Below, piece after piece: positions 52,451 through 63,964 of a stretch of 64,000 nucleotides of DNA. A program made the translations under genes and the position numbers. Source of the stretch: Escherichia coli (GTDB lineage Bacteria > Pseudomonadota > Gammaproteobacteria > Enterobacterales > Enterobacteriaceae); the NCBI RefSeq assembly GCF_013122565.1, contig NZ_CP053258.1; one strand, given 5' to 3'. Under the pieces are notes generated by a model. That model had not been told where the DNA came from and made no database searches. It saw nothing but the letters and a program-made list of their open reading frames with translations. Numbering within the stretch: position 1 is the stretch's first letter; each line of letters starts with the position of its first letter.

Positions 52451-53335
52451 TTAACGTTTGGTAACGCGAATGGATTGCGCCAGATGTGCAGGTTTTTCTT
52501 TGGTCACTTTTTGCGTTTCTGAAGCGTAAGCCGTTTCTACACAAACAAAGGTCTTGTAGCCATCGTCCGGCATGTCGCCCATGCTAACTGAAAGCGCCGG
52601 TCCCGGGTTCCAGCCGACAACGTTCAGATGATGCTGGTGGCCTACGGCGATAATACGATTCAGCGCTTCATCATTAATTACGCTGCAATCTTGCGGATTC
52701 AGATACACGCGATCGGTACGGTCAGGGAAGGTCTGAATACCGTCGGTCAGTACATCTTCTTTCGCGTCATTTACTTTATCAATGAAGCGATCGCCCAGCC
52801 CACTGACGCTTACCTTAGCGATATCACCCACGTTAAAGTAGGTATGCAGGGCAGAGGTGGTTTCAAATTCGCCATGAGATTCAAGATCGATTTCACAGGT
52901 TTTACCCACGCGGAAATGCGCTAACAGCGTAAAGTCGTGCGGCCAGAATTTTTTCGTCTCGTCGCTTTGTGTCAATTCAAAAGTCAGCGCTACGCCATCA
53001 GCATCTTCATAATGTGATTTCAGCGTCCACGGCAGGTTGCGGGCAAAACCGTGCGCAGGCAGACCTTGTTCTGCAGCCGGACCAAACCACGGCCAGCAAA
53101 CCGGTACGCCACCGCGAATAGCGACGCCATTTTTGAACGGTGTGTTGTTGCTCAACCACAGAACTTCTTCTTCACTCGCAGGTTTCCACGAGAGAAGGTG
53201 TGCGCCCTGTAATGCAAAAGAGGCTTTTACCTGGGGATGATCGACCACAATGAGGTCCAGTTCATCCAGTTTACGACGGGAGAGGACAGGGGAGATTTGT
53301 TCGATGACCGGAAGGGCAAAAATTTTATTAATCAT
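52451..53335 (-). CDS. yeaD: Putative glucose-6-phosphate 1-epimerase YeaD (aldose epimerase family)
   Basis: ORF track 52451..53356. Start trimmed to ATG 53335 (MINKIFALPVIEQISPVLSRRKLDELDLIVVDHPQ...), giving 294 aa. Confidence 0.9.
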   Translation of the reverse strand: MINKIFALPVIEQISPVLSRRKLDELDLIVVDHPQVKASFALQGAHLLSWKPASEEEVLWLSNNTPFKNGVAIRGGVPVCWPWFGPAAEQGLPAHGFARNLPWTLKSHYEDADGVALTFELTQSDETKKFWPHDFTLLAHFRVGKTCEIDLESHGEFETTSALHTYFNVGDIAKVSVSGLGDRFIDKVNDAKEDVLTDGIQTFPDRTDRVYLNPQDCSVINDEALNRIIAVGHQHHLNVVGWNPGPALSVSMGDMPDDGYKTFVCVETAYASETQKVTKEKPAHLAQSIRVTKR

Positions 53336-53366
53336 GACGCAGTCCTTTAACTTCATTTTATCAGGT

Positions 53367-53397
53367 AAAAAAAAGAGCGACCGAAGTCGCTCTTTTT
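53367..53397. terminator. gapA terminator (bidirectional form)
   Basis: A8-agagcgac-cgaa-gtcgctct-T5. Lies 22 nt after the gapA stop on the minus strand. Confidence 0.8.
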
Positions 53398-53418
53398 AGA
53401 TCACAGTGTCATCTCAAC

Positions 53419-54426
<1,008 letters not shown>

Positions 54427-54755
54427 CTATTTGTTAGTGAATAAAAGGTTGCCTGTAAAATTACAAAAACCTTACGCAGCGTCAAGCGGAATCGTGTCAA
54501 TCATTGCGACAAATCAATCCTGTGCCTAAGCATTACGCGACTGACTCGCCTCACTCTTCCTTTGGGCTTGAGACCACATGGGGTCGGCGCCCCGAATTTT
54601 AAAGGGCAATTACGATAAAAATGTGATTTTCATCACGATTTAGGTGCAGCCATTTCGTCGAGATCAAGTTTAGGACAAAATTTTACCAGTTGGTGTTAAT
54701 GTTTTGTTAGAATCAGTCACGTAATGTGAGCACGATTAAAGTGAGATGTGAGCAA

Positions 54756-55169
54756 ATGGCTAATAAACCTTCGGCAGAAGAACTGAAAAAAAATTTGTCC
54801 GAGATGCAGTTTTACGTGACGCAGAATCATGGGACAGAGCCGCCATTTACGGGTCGTTTACTGCATAACAAGCGTGACGGCGTATATCACTGTTTGATCT
54901 GCGATGCCCCGCTGTTTCATTCCCAAACCAAGTATGATTCCGGCTGTGGCTGGCCCAGTTTCTACGAACCGGTGAGTGAAGAATCCATTCGTTATATCAA
55001 AGACTTGTCACATGGAATGCAGCGCATAGAAATTCGTTGCGGTAACTGTGATGCCCATCTGGGGCATGTCTTTCCCGACGGGCCGCAGCCAACGGGCGAA
55101 CGTTATTGTGTTAACTCTGCCTCTTTACGCTTTACCGATGGCGAAAACGGCGAAGAAATCAACGGTTGA
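54756..55169 (+). CDS. msrB: Methionine-(R)-sulfoxide reductase MsrB (YeaA)
   Basis: ORF track 54726..55169. Start trimmed to ATG 54756 ([31 protein letters not shown]...), giving 137 aa. Two CxxC zinc motifs. Confidence 0.94.
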
Positions 55170-55210
55170 AAAAACGATTCAGCAACTTATTCCACAGGAG
55201 CGGAAAAATT

Positions 55211-55483
55211 ATGAATCTTGATGACATTATCAACAGCATGACGCCTGAGGTATACCAGCGTTTGTCGACCGCCGTTGAACTGGGGAAATGGCCTGATGGC
55301 GTTGCGTTGACCGAGGAACAAAAAGAGAACTGCCTGCAACTGGTGATGCTGTGGCAAGCCCGCCATAATACCGAAGCACAGCATATGACAATTGACACAA
55401 ATGGTCAGATGGTCATGAAGAGCAAACAGCAGTTAAAAGAAGATTTTGGTATCTCAGCAAAGCCTATTGCCATGTTTAAGTGA
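55211..55483 (+). CDS. yeaC: DUF1315 protein YeaC
   Basis: ORF track 55166..55483. Start trimmed to ATG 55211 (MNLDDIINSMTPEVYQRLSTAVELGKWPDG...), giving 90 aa. Confidence 0.88.
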   Translation: MNLDDIINSMTPEVYQRLSTAVELGKWPDGVALTEEQKENCLQLVMLWQARHNTEAQHMTIDTNGQMVMKSKQQLKEDFGISAKPIAMFK

Positions 55484-55589
55484 ATGAGTTATCTAGTATT
55501 TAAGCCTGTTATTAAGGGAGGGCAAATATACTTGTTCGGACGTCGTGTTTTAGCTGCAAGTAGGTTAAATGCAACACTGACAAGTATTA

Positions 55590-55626
55590 TCTGGCCTACA
55601 ATGTCATTGAGGAAATGTAGGCCAGA
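55590..55626. terminator. Perfect 11-bp hairpin in the yeaC-pncA spacer
   Basis: tctggcctaca-(15 nt)-tgtaggccaga. Lies 18 nt beyond the pncA stop. The ggcctaca ends resemble REP tails. No strong U-run. Confidence 0.4.
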
Positions 55627-55643
55627 GATGAATTCAACTAAAA

Positions 55644-56285
55644 TTACCCCTGCGTCTCTTCCCAGTCTGCCAGCGTATATAGCGTTGCCCCAGCTGCTGA
55701 CATTTCCATAAACGCGTGCGCACTGTCCTGTGGCTGGATATTCACCCCACGACAGCCATCGATAATCACGTTTACCTTATAACCTAACTGTAACGCGTCC
55801 AGCACGGTAAACTTCACGCAATAGTCAGTCGCCAGGCCCATAACGATCAATTCATCGATTTCATGATCGCGTAACCAGTCATCAAGCGAGGTTTTCTGCC
55901 GACGGCCGTTATCAAAAAAGGCACTGTAACTGTCAACTAAAGGATTTTCGCCTTTATGGAACACCGCTGCGATCGCTTTTTGGTTCAGTAACGGATGTAA
56001 TTGTGCGCCTTCACTGTTCTGCACACAGTGATCTGGCCAGAAGGTTTGTGGCAAACCGTCGAGTTGGCCTGGCGTATAAGGCTCTACACCGTGCTGACTG
56101 GCAAAACTGCCGTGATTCGCCGGGTGCCAGTCCTGACTGGCGATAACCGCTTCACCGCGCGACTGGCACCAGTCAATCAGGCGGTTAGCGACATCCACCG
56201 TACTGTCACCTTCCGGCACGGCGAGCGCGCCACCAGCACAGAAATCATTTTGTAAATCGACCAGTAACAGGGCGCGAGGGGGCAT
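55644..56285 (-). CDS. pncA: Nicotinamidase/pyrazinamidase PncA
   Basis: ORF track 55644..56303. Start trimmed to ATG 56285 (MPPRALLLVDLQNDFCAGGALAV...), preceded by TAAGGAG, giving 213 aa. Confidence 0.94.
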   Translation of the reverse strand: MPPRALLLVDLQNDFCAGGALAVPEGDSTVDVANRLIDWCQSRGEAVIASQDWHPANHGSFASQHGVEPYTPGQLDGLPQTFWPDHCVQNSEGAQLHPLLNQKAIAAVFHKGENPLVDSYSAFFDNGRRQKTSLDDWLRDHEIDELIVMGLATDYCVKFTVLDALQLGYKVNVIIDGCRGVNIQPQDSAHAFMEMSAAGATLYTLADWEETQG

Positions 56286-56295
56286 TGCAGTCTCC

Positions 56296-57312
56296 TTAAT
56301 CATCCGGCGTCAGTTCGCCGCGCAGGTTTTGGCTCATGGCCTTGCGAATGGTTTCAGTATCCAGTTCCTGGCTAAGCAGGTAATGCAGTTTGGTTAGCGT
56401 GGCTTCTACAGTCATATCTGCACCGCCAATTACGCCGGCATGGGCGAGGGCGTTACCGGTGGCATAACCACCCATGTTCACTTTACCGGACATACATTGT
56501 GTCAGGTTGACCACCACAATACCGCGATCGCTGGCTTCTTGTAATTCCTGCAGGAAGGCTTTGTTTTGTGGCGCATTACCCACGCCATAGGAGCGCAGAA
56601 TCAATGCTTTCACCGGTTGGCGCAGAAAATTGCGCACGACGTCAGCAGAAATCCCCGGATAAATCGTCACTACGCCAATTGGTTGCGGGGTGATTGGATG
56701 AACGATCAATTCCCCATCACCGTGCGGGGCGGGTGGCGTATTCAAACGACGAATATGGATACCTGCTTCCAGTAACGGAGGAAGGTTTGGAGAGGCAAAC
56801 GCATCAAAACCATCGGCATGGGCTTTGGTAGTGCGGTTGCCGCGATACAGTCGGTTATTAAAAAAGAGTGTTACTTCGTTGATCGGATAATTCGCCGCAA
56901 CGTACAACGCATTCAGCAGATTAATTTGTCCGTCAGAGCGTAGCTCAGCCAGCGGGATTTGTGACCCTGTCACAATGACCGGTTTACCGAGATTCTCGAG
57001 CATGAACGACAGCGCAGAGGCGGTATACGCCATCGTGTCGGTACCGTGTAGAATGACAAAACCATCATAGTCGTCATAGTGCGCTTTAATATCTTCAGCA
57101 ATATGCTGCCAGTCTTCCGGCGTCATATCTGAAGAATCCATCAGTGGCGTATATTCATGAATGGTGAAATCTGGCATCTCCGGGCGATGGAATTCCGGCA
57201 TCAGCGCCAGTTGGCGTTGTAGATGACCTGACACCGGTATATAACCCTGCTCGGAACGCTGCATCCCGATGGTCCCGCCCGTGTAGGCAACGTAAATTGA
57301 TTTCTTTTGCAT
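56296..57312 (-). CDS. ansA: Cytoplasmic L-asparaginase I AnsA
   Basis: ORF track, 338 aa (MQKKSIYVAYTGGTIGMQRSEQGYIPVSGHL...). Recognised. Confidence 0.97.
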   Translation of the reverse strand: MQKKSIYVAYTGGTIGMQRSEQGYIPVSGHLQRQLALMPEFHRPEMPDFTIHEYTPLMDSSDMTPEDWQHIAEDIKAHYDDYDGFVILHGTDTMAYTASALSFMLENLGKPVIVTGSQIPLAELRSDGQINLLNALYVAANYPINEVTLFFNNRLYRGNRTTKAHADGFDAFASPNLPPLLEAGIHIRRLNTPPAPHGDGELIVHPITPQPIGVVTIYPGISADVVRNFLRQPVKALILRSYGVGNAPQNKAFLQELQEASDRGIVVVNLTQCMSGKVNMGGYATGNALAHAGVIGGADMTVEATLTKLHYLLSQELDTETIRKAMSQNLRGELTPDD

Positions 57313-57390
57313 GATATTGATATGAATGATATCGAAAGAGCAAAAGTATATACGTGAGGGGCAGCGAGCGCACCTGGATACTCTGTGGAT

Positions 57391-57434
57391 ATGAGAAAAG
57401 TCCGGCAGGACGGAGGGATTAGTGTCCCGCCGGA
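57391..57434 (-). terminator. Rho-independent terminator after the SIMPL-like gene, upstream of the ansA promoter
   Basis: Minus strand: tccggcgggac-(12 nt)-gtcctgccgga (one mismatch) followed by cuuuucuc, 10 nt after the stop at 57444. Confidence 0.6.
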
Positions 57435-57443
57435 GAAAAGTGG

Positions 57444-58154
57444 TTAATCCTGCAACGCATAGGTTACGGTCGTGACTACGCGTACCGTTTTATTAATCGC
57501 CGTAGGATCATCTTCATCACTGCCACTGGCAAAGATCTGGAATACGCCTTGTGAGGCATCGCTAATTGACCCCACCTGGCTACCTGAGTCCGTTGCAAAT
57601 TGTAGTGCGGCGTTGCGTGCATCTTTGGTGGCGGCAGCAATCATCTCAGCGCGCAGTGCGCCAATACCATTAAAGCGATAGGCGACTTTGCTCTCAGCGA
57701 TAGCGCCATCTGTAGCGACTTGCAGTTCGTTTAATTTCGCGACGACTTTTTCGACAGCAGCAACATTATGGGTTTTTATCGTCACTGACCCGTCTGCGTT
57801 ATAGCGTGGCATTGTGGGATCATCTTTCAGATAGAAGGAATCTGTTCGCTTGCTTGTCCATTGGCCCAGGATTATCTCTTTCTCGTTAATCCCCTGAGCA
57901 TTGAGTTCGGCAACAATTTTTTTCTGCGCGTCTTCCAGTTTCGGGAACAGTTCGCCGGGAACATTACCTTTAAAGTTAAGCGCAATTATTAATTCTGCCG
58001 TATCTGCGCGAACTTCTTTTTCAGAAAGCCCGCGCACATTGACATAACGGTTGTTGGTTTTTAAATGTTTAACACCATCGCCAACAAAATAACCACAGGC
58101 GCTAATCCCCAGTCCGAGGACGATAGCGGCAATTAAAGAGGGGGCCTTGTTCAC
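57444..58154 (-). CDS. SIMPL/DUF541-like protein with N-terminal signal-anchor or lipoprotein signal; not in the K-12 gene order as I recall it
   Basis: ORF track 57444..58256 (270 aa, GTG start inside a hairpin). Plausible starts are ATG 58166 (MESSVNK...) or, preferred, GTG 58154, which has GGAG 6 nt upstream (MNKAPSLIAAIVLGLGISACGYF...). The C-terminal part (GALRAEMIAAATKDARNAALQFATDSGSQVGSISDASQG) resembles SIMPL-family proteins such as YggE. Family assignment is by eye. Confidence 0.65.
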   Translation of the reverse strand: MNKAPSLIAAIVLGLGISACGYFVGDGVKHLKTNNRYVNVRGLSEKEVRADTAELIIALNFKGNVPGELFPKLEDAQKKIVAELNAQGINEKEIILGQWTSKRTDSFYLKDDPTMPRYNADGSVTIKTHNVAAVEKVVAKLNELQVATDGAIAESKVAYRFNGIGALRAEMIAAATKDARNAALQFATDSGSQVGSISDASQGVFQIFASGSDEDDPTAINKTVRVVTTVTYALQD

Positions 58155-58232
58155 TGATGACTCCATATCAGATGCTAAATGAGCAAGGGAATGTAGTGGA
58201 GAGAGGGAGTGAAAGACAGTCCGATTCAGGAG

Positions 58233-58262
58233 TGTGGCCGACAGCATATCGGCCACATTTTT
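58233..58262. terminator. Hairpin immediately after the sppA stop, with its T-run on the plus strand
   Basis: 9-bp stem tgtggccga/tcggccaca with loop cagcata, followed by T5 on the plus strand (A5 precedes it on the sppA strand). Lies 8 nt from the sppA stop. Confidence 0.4.
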
Positions 58263-58269
58263 GCAGGAT

Positions 58270-60126
58270 TTAACGCACGTTGGCGCAGGTCAGGCAAAAC
58301 GCATAACGGTTTTGTGGGTCGTTAAACGCCGCCAGCTTGTCGCTTTCACTTTTAACGGTAGAGGCTACCGAGGCCAGCGGTGCAGGTAACATGGCCTGGA
58401 ACGCATCTGGCAACATTGCCCGGACAGAACCAGACATGTTGTCCATCACTTTGTCGAAGAAGGTCGGTTCATCAACGTAGTATTCCAGATGCCACTGTTT
58501 CACTTTTGCCAGCTCTGCTGCTTTGGCGACCGCATCATCGAAATCCCCGAGACTATCGACCAGCCCGTTAGCTTTTGCGTCCTGACCGGTCCAGACGTGG
58601 CCCTGGGCGATTTTATCAATCTGCTCCGGCGTCGAATGACGCGCATCAGCAACCAGCGTGATAAAGCGTTTATAGCCATTCTCAATGCTTAACTGCATCA
58701 TCTGCTGCGCTTCCGGCGGCAGTGCCCTGGTGATAGAAACATCCGCCAGCGGTGAAGTTGAGACACCATCAGTATGAACACCAATCGAATCCAGACTATT
58801 TTCTACGGTGGTGATCACGCCGAAGATACCGATAGAACCGGTCAGGGTGCTGGGGTTAGCCACAATGTAATTAGCTGGCGTGGAAATCCAGTAACCACCA
58901 GATGCCGCCATGCCGCCCATCGATACAACCACAGGCTTACCCGCAGCCCGGGCTGCTGCCAGTTCAGCGCGAATCACTTCAGACGCGGTAACGCTGCCGC
59001 CTGGGCTATTAACACGCAGAACAATCGCTTTCACTTTCGGGTCAAGGCGAGCGTCGCGGATTTGTGCCGCAGTGGTATCACCGCCAACATTCCCCTGAGT
59101 TTCCTCGCCATCCATAATTGCGCCATTAGCGAAGACGACACCGATGCTGTCACCGGTATCTGCTGGCGTTTTCAATGCGTAATCGTAATAACTGATGGCG
59201 CGATAATTTTTATCAGTCTTACTCCAGCCGAACTCTTTGGTCAGAGCTTTTTCGATTTCGGCACTCGATGCCAGTGCATCGACCAGCTTGTTTTCCAGCG
59301 CATATTTCGCGGTATCGCCACCGGTTTTGGTTAAACCTTCAAGCAACCCTTGCGCGCCAGGAAATACCTGCTGAGCAGGGATCTGCCGGTTAGCGGCAAC
59401 AGTATTCAGATAGTTTTGCCACAGCTCACCAATCCAGCGGCTGTCAGCTTCGCGGGCTGCCGGTGACATATCATCACGAATAAACGGTTCAACGGCAGAT
59501 TTATACGTACCCACGCGGAACACATGGGTGGAAACTTTCAGCTTATCCAGCAACGATTTGTAGTACAGACCGTTGGTGGCAAAGCCGTGTAGATCAACCA
59601 CGCCTTGCGGAGACAGCCAAATTTTATTGGCGAAACTGGCGAGATAATATTGCCCCTGGCTGTAGTTCTCGCCAACGGCATAAACCGGTTTCCCGCTGTC
59701 ACGAAACTCTTTCAGGGCTTTGCCGATGTACTGCATAGACGGCTGGTCGCCGCCTGCGAAGTTTTTCAGATCCATCACGATACCGGTGATATTGCGGTCG
59801 TCCTTCGCCTGGCGAATGGTGTTGACGATATCAAACAGTGAGTTTTCCTGCAGACGATCGGAACTGGCACCAAGTAGTTGGCGGCTTAATTTACTAAACC
59901 GCTGAGAACTGTCGGGTTTATCGACGATTACACCAGAAATGTCCAGCAGCAGTGCACCACGACTGGCCGTTTCTTTCGAATCACCACCACTGACCTGCAT
60001 CCAGATCCCCACACCAACCAGCACGAGAAAAATAAAGAACAGGTTAAGTACCATTTCACGGACGAAATTCAGCAGACGCCACGTCCATTTAAAAAATCCG
60101 GCAATAAATCGCCAAAGGGTTCGCAT
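58270..60126 (-). CDS. sppA: Signal peptide peptidase A (protease IV) SppA
   Basis: ORF track 58270..60270. Start trimmed to ATG 60126 ([33 protein letters not shown]...), giving 618 aa. Tandem S49 domains. Confidence 0.94.
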
Positions 60127-60286
60127 GTATTCTCCCAACTTAAGGTCACACCTGTCACAGGCGCAATAGATGTGGTTATCGTAATGACCCAACCGACACT
60201 TGTCAGCAGGAATTGCGGACTGTGCTGTAACAAAATCCACTCTCGTGTTAATTTTGTGAATAAATATCATGACAGGAGTTAATCAA

Positions 60287-60838
60287 ATGGATGCACTCGA
60301 ACTATTGATCAATCGCCGTAGCGCCTCCCGCCTGGCTGAACCCGCGCCAACGGGTGAACAACTGCAAAACATCCTGCGTGCGGGTATGCGCGCGCCGGAC
60401 CATAAGTCCATGCAACCGTGGCATTTTTTTGTGATTGAAGGGGAAGGACGCGAGCGTTTCAGCGCCGCACTGGAACAGGGGGCGATTGCTGCCGGTAGTG
60501 ATGACAAAGCTATCGACAAAGCCCGTAATGCGCCGTTCCGCGCACCGCTCATCATCACGGTGGTGGCGAAATGCGAAGAAAATCATAAAGTCCCGCGATG
60601 GGAACAGGAAATGTCTGCCGGATGCGCGGTCATGGCGATGCAAATGGCAGCCGTTGCCCAGGGGTTTGGCGGCATCTGGCGCAGTGGCGCATTAACTGAA
60701 AGCCCGGTAGTGCGTGAAGCATTCGGTTGCCGTGAGCAGGATAAAATTGTCGGTTTTCTCTACCTCGGTACGCCGCAGTTGAAAGCATCTACGTCGATAA
60801 ACGTCCCGGACCCGACGCCGTTTGTGACTTATTTCTGA
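60287..60838 (+). CDS. ydjA: NAD(P)H nitroreductase YdjA
   Basis: ORF track 60269..60838. Start trimmed to ATG 60287 ([30 protein letters not shown]...), with AGGAG 8 nt upstream, giving 183 aa. Confidence 0.93.
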   Translation: MDALELLINRRSASRLAEPAPTGEQLQNILRAGMRAPDHKSMQPWHFFVIEGEGRERFSAALEQGAIAAGSDDKAIDKARNAPFRAPLIITVVAKCEENHKVPRWEQEMSAGCAVMAMQMAAVAQGFGGIWRSGALTESPVVREAFGCREQDKIVGFLYLGTPQLKASTSINVPDPTPFVTYF

Positions 60839-60954
60839 TAATTGTCGCGAAACTGTCTGGATTGTGAGCAAAGGCGCAGGAATTCAGACACTCTCACTTA
60901 TCACTTCACGGAATGAGGGTTACCATACCCGGATTGCATTGACAGGAGATGTCC

Positions 60955-61998
60955 ATGAGCGAGAACTCGATTCGTTTGACCCAATACAGCCACGGAGCTG
61001 GTTGCGGCTGTAAAATTTCCCCAAAAGTGTTGGAAACCATCCTGCACAGTGAGCAGGCGAAGTTTGTTGATCCGAATTTGCTTGTGGGTAATGAAACCCG
61101 CGACGATGCGGCGGTGTACGATCTGGGCAATGGCACCAGCGTTATCAGTACCACCGACTTCTTTATGCCGATCGTTGATAATCCTTTCGATTTTGGCCGC
61201 ATTGCGGCGACTAACGCCATCAGCGATATCTTCGCGATGGGGGGCAAACCGATTATGGCGATTGCGATCCTCGGCTGGCCGATTAACAAACTTTCCCCGG
61301 AAATTGCCCGCAAAGTAACCGAAGGTGGACGCTATGCATGCCGTCAGGCGGGTATTGCGCTGGCTGGCGGTCACTCCATCGATGCGCCGGAGCCGATTTT
61401 TGGTCTGGCGGTAACGGGGATCGTACCGACCGAGCGGGTGAAGAAAAACAGTACCGCACAAGCCGGATGCAAACTGTTCCTGACGAAACCGCTGGGGATC
61501 GGCGTTCTTACCACGGCTGAGAAAAAATCACTGTTGAAACCAGAACATCAGGGACTGGCGACGGAAGTGATGTGCCGGATGAACATCGCAGGCGCGTCCT
61601 TTGCCAACATTGAAGGCGTAAAAGCGATGACCGACGTAACGGGCTTTGGCCTGCTGGGCCATTTGAGCGAAATGTGTCAGGGCGCAGGTGTGCAGGCGCG
61701 CGTTGACTATGACGCGATCCCAAAATTGCCGGGGGTTGAAGAGTACATTAAGTTGGGCGCAGTGCCTGGCGGCACCGAACGTAACTTTGCCAGCTACGGT
61801 CATCTGATGGGTGAAATGCCGCGTGAAGTGCGCGATTTGCTGTGCGATCCGCAAACTTCTGGCGGTTTGCTGCTGGCGGTCATGCCGGAAGCAGAAAATG
61901 AGGTTAAAGCTACAGCCGCCGAGTTTGGCATTGAACTGACGGCGATTGGCGAACTGGTGCCAGCGCGCGGCGGTCGTGCCATGGTTGAGATCCGTTAA
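60955..61998 (+). CDS. selD: Selenide, water dikinase (selenophosphate synthetase) SelD
   Basis: ORF track 60949..61998. Start set to ATG 60955 ([26 protein letters not shown]...), with AGGAG 6 nt upstream, giving 347 aa. Confidence 0.96.
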   Translation: MSENSIRLTQYSHGAGCGCKISPKVLETILHSEQAKFVDPNLLVGNETRDDAAVYDLGNGTSVISTTDFFMPIVDNPFDFGRIAATNAISDIFAMGGKPIMAIAILGWPINKLSPEIARKVTEGGRYACRQAGIALAGGHSIDAPEPIFGLAVTGIVPTERVKKNSTAQAGCKLFLTKPLGIGVLTTAEKKSLLKPEHQGLATEVMCRMNIAGASFANIEGVKAMTDVTGFGLLGHLSEMCQGAGVQARVDYDAIPKLPGVEEYIKLGAVPGGTERNFASYGHLMGEMPREVRDLLCDPQTSGGLLLAVMPEAENEVKATAAEFGIELTAIGELVPARGGRAMVEIR

Positions 61999-62002
61999 TT
62001 CA

Positions 62003-63964
62003 ATGCGGTTGTTTATTGCCGAAAAACCGAGTCTGGCGCGTGCCATTGCTGATGTCCTGCCCAAACCGCACCGGAAAGGCGATGGCTTTATTGAGTGCGG
62101 TAATGGTCAGGTGGTGACCTGGTGTATCGGTCACCTGCTTGAGCAGGCGCAGCCAGACGCCTACGACAGCCGCTATGCGCGCTGGAATCTTGCGGATTTG
62201 CCGATTGTCCCGGAAAAGTGGCAATTACAGCCCCGACCCTCCGTGACCAAACAACTTAATGTCATCAAACGCTTTTTGCATGAAGCCAGCGAAATCGTTC
62301 ATGCCGGGGACCCGGATCGTGAAGGGCAATTGCTGGTGGATGAAGTGCTGGACTATCTGCAACTGGCACCGGAAAAGCGCCAGCAGGTGCAGCGTTGCTT
62401 GATAAACGACCTGAACCCGCAGGCGGTTGAGCGGGCGATCGACCGTCTTCGTTCCAACAGTGAGTTTGTACCGCTGTGCGTTTCTGCGCTGGCGCGAGCG
62501 CGTGCCGACTGGCTGTACGGCATCAATATGACCCGTGCGTATACCATTCTCGGTCGCAATGCCGGTTATCAGGGCGTACTTTCCGTGGGACGCGTGCAGA
62601 CACCCGTGCTCGGGCTGGTGGTGCGCCGCGATGAAGAGATTGAAAACTTCGTGGCGAAAGACTTCTTTGAAGTCAAAGCACATATCGTGACACCTGCCGA
62701 TGAGCGGTTTACCGCTATCTGGCAACCGAGCGAAGCGTGTGAACCGTACCAGGATGAAGAAGGGCGCTTGTTACATCGTCCACTGGCGGAGCATGTGGTT
62801 AACCGCATTAGTGGTCAACCGGCTATTGTCACCAGCTATAACGATAAACGGGAATCAGAATCCGCGCCGCTGCCTTTTTCGCTTTCGGCGTTGCAGATTG
62901 AAGCGGCAAAACGCTTTGGTCTGAGCGCGCAGAACGTGCTTGATATCTGCCAGAAGCTGTACGAAACGCACAAGCTAATCACTTATCCGCGTTCCGATTG
63001 TCGCTATTTGCCAGAAGAACATTTTGCCGGACGCCACGCGGTGATGAATGCCATCAGCGTTCATGCACCGGGCTTGTTACCGCAGCCGGTGGTAGATCCG
63101 AATATGCGCAACCGCTGTTGGGATGACAAAAAGGTCGATGCGCACCACGCCATCATCCCGACCGCACGGAGTTCTGCGATCAACCTGACGGAGAACGAAG
63201 CGAAGGTCTATAACCTGATTGCCCGTCAGTACTTGATGCAGTTCTGCCCGGATGCGGTCTTCCGCAAGTGTGTTATCGAACTGGACATTGCCAAAGGCAA
63301 ATTTGTCGCTAAAGCCCGTTTTCTTGCTGAAGCAGGCTGGCGCACGCTGTTAGGCAGCAAAGAGCGCGATGAAGAAAACGACGGCACGCCATTGCCTGTG
63401 GTGGCGAAAGGCGATGAGTTGCTGTGTGAAAAAGGTGAAGTGGTAGAGCGGCAAACCCAGCCGCCGCGCCATTTTACCGATGCAACACTGCTTTCGGCGA
63501 TGACCGGGATCGCGCGCTTTGTACAGGACAAAGATCTGAAAAAGATCCTCCGTGCTACCGATGGTCTGGGGACAGAAGCAACGCGTGCCGGGATTATTGA
63601 ACTGCTGTTCAAGCGTGGCTTCCTGACCAAAAAAGGGCGCTATATCCACTCTACCGACGCCGGAAAAGCGTTATTCCATTCGCTGCCGGAGATGGCGACG
63701 CGACCGGACATGACCGCTCACTGGGAATCGGTGCTGACGCAAATCAGCGAAAAGCAGTGTCGCTACCAGGACTTTATGCAGCCGCTGGTGGGGACGCTAT
63801 ATCAGCTTATTGATCAAGCCAAACGTACTCCGGTGCGGCAGTTTCGCGGCATTGTGGCTCCGGGCAGTGGTGGCAGTGCTGATAAGAAAAAGGCTGCAAC
63901 GCGTAAACGTAGTGCGAAAAAAAGTCCGCCAGCAGATGAAGCCGGAAGCGGGGCGATAGCGTAA
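62003..63964 (+). CDS. topB: DNA topoisomerase III TopB
   Basis: ORF track 61946..63964. Start trimmed to ATG 62003 ([35 protein letters not shown]...), giving 653 aa. Starts 4 nt after the selD stop. Confidence 0.96.
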   Translation: MRLFIAEKPSLARAIADVLPKPHRKGDGFIECGNGQVVTWCIGHLLEQAQPDAYDSRYARWNLADLPIVPEKWQLQPRPSVTKQLNVIKRFLHEASEIVHAGDPDREGQLLVDEVLDYLQLAPEKRQQVQRCLINDLNPQAVERAIDRLRSNSEFVPLCVSALARARADWLYGINMTRAYTILGRNAGYQGVLSVGRVQTPVLGLVVRRDEEIENFVAKDFFEVKAHIVTPADERFTAIWQPSEACEPYQDEEGRLLHRPLAEHVVNRISGQPAIVTSYNDKRESESAPLPFSLSALQIEAAKRFGLSAQNVLDICQKLYETHKLITYPRSDCRYLPEEHFAGRHAVMNAISVHAPGLLPQPVVDPNMRNRCWDDKKVDAHHAIIPTARSSAINLTENEAKVYNLIARQYLMQFCPDAVFRKCVIELDIAKGKFVAKARFLAEAGWRTLLGSKERDEENDGTPLPVVAKGDELLCEKGEVVERQTQPPRHFTDATLLSAMTGIARFVQDKDLKKILRATDGLGTEATRAGIIELLFKRGFLTKKGRYIHSTDAGKALFHSLPEMATRPDMTAHWESVLTQISEKQCRYQDFMQPLVGTLYQLIDQAKRTPVRQFRGIVAPGSGGSADKKKAATRKRSAKKSPPADEAGSGAIA

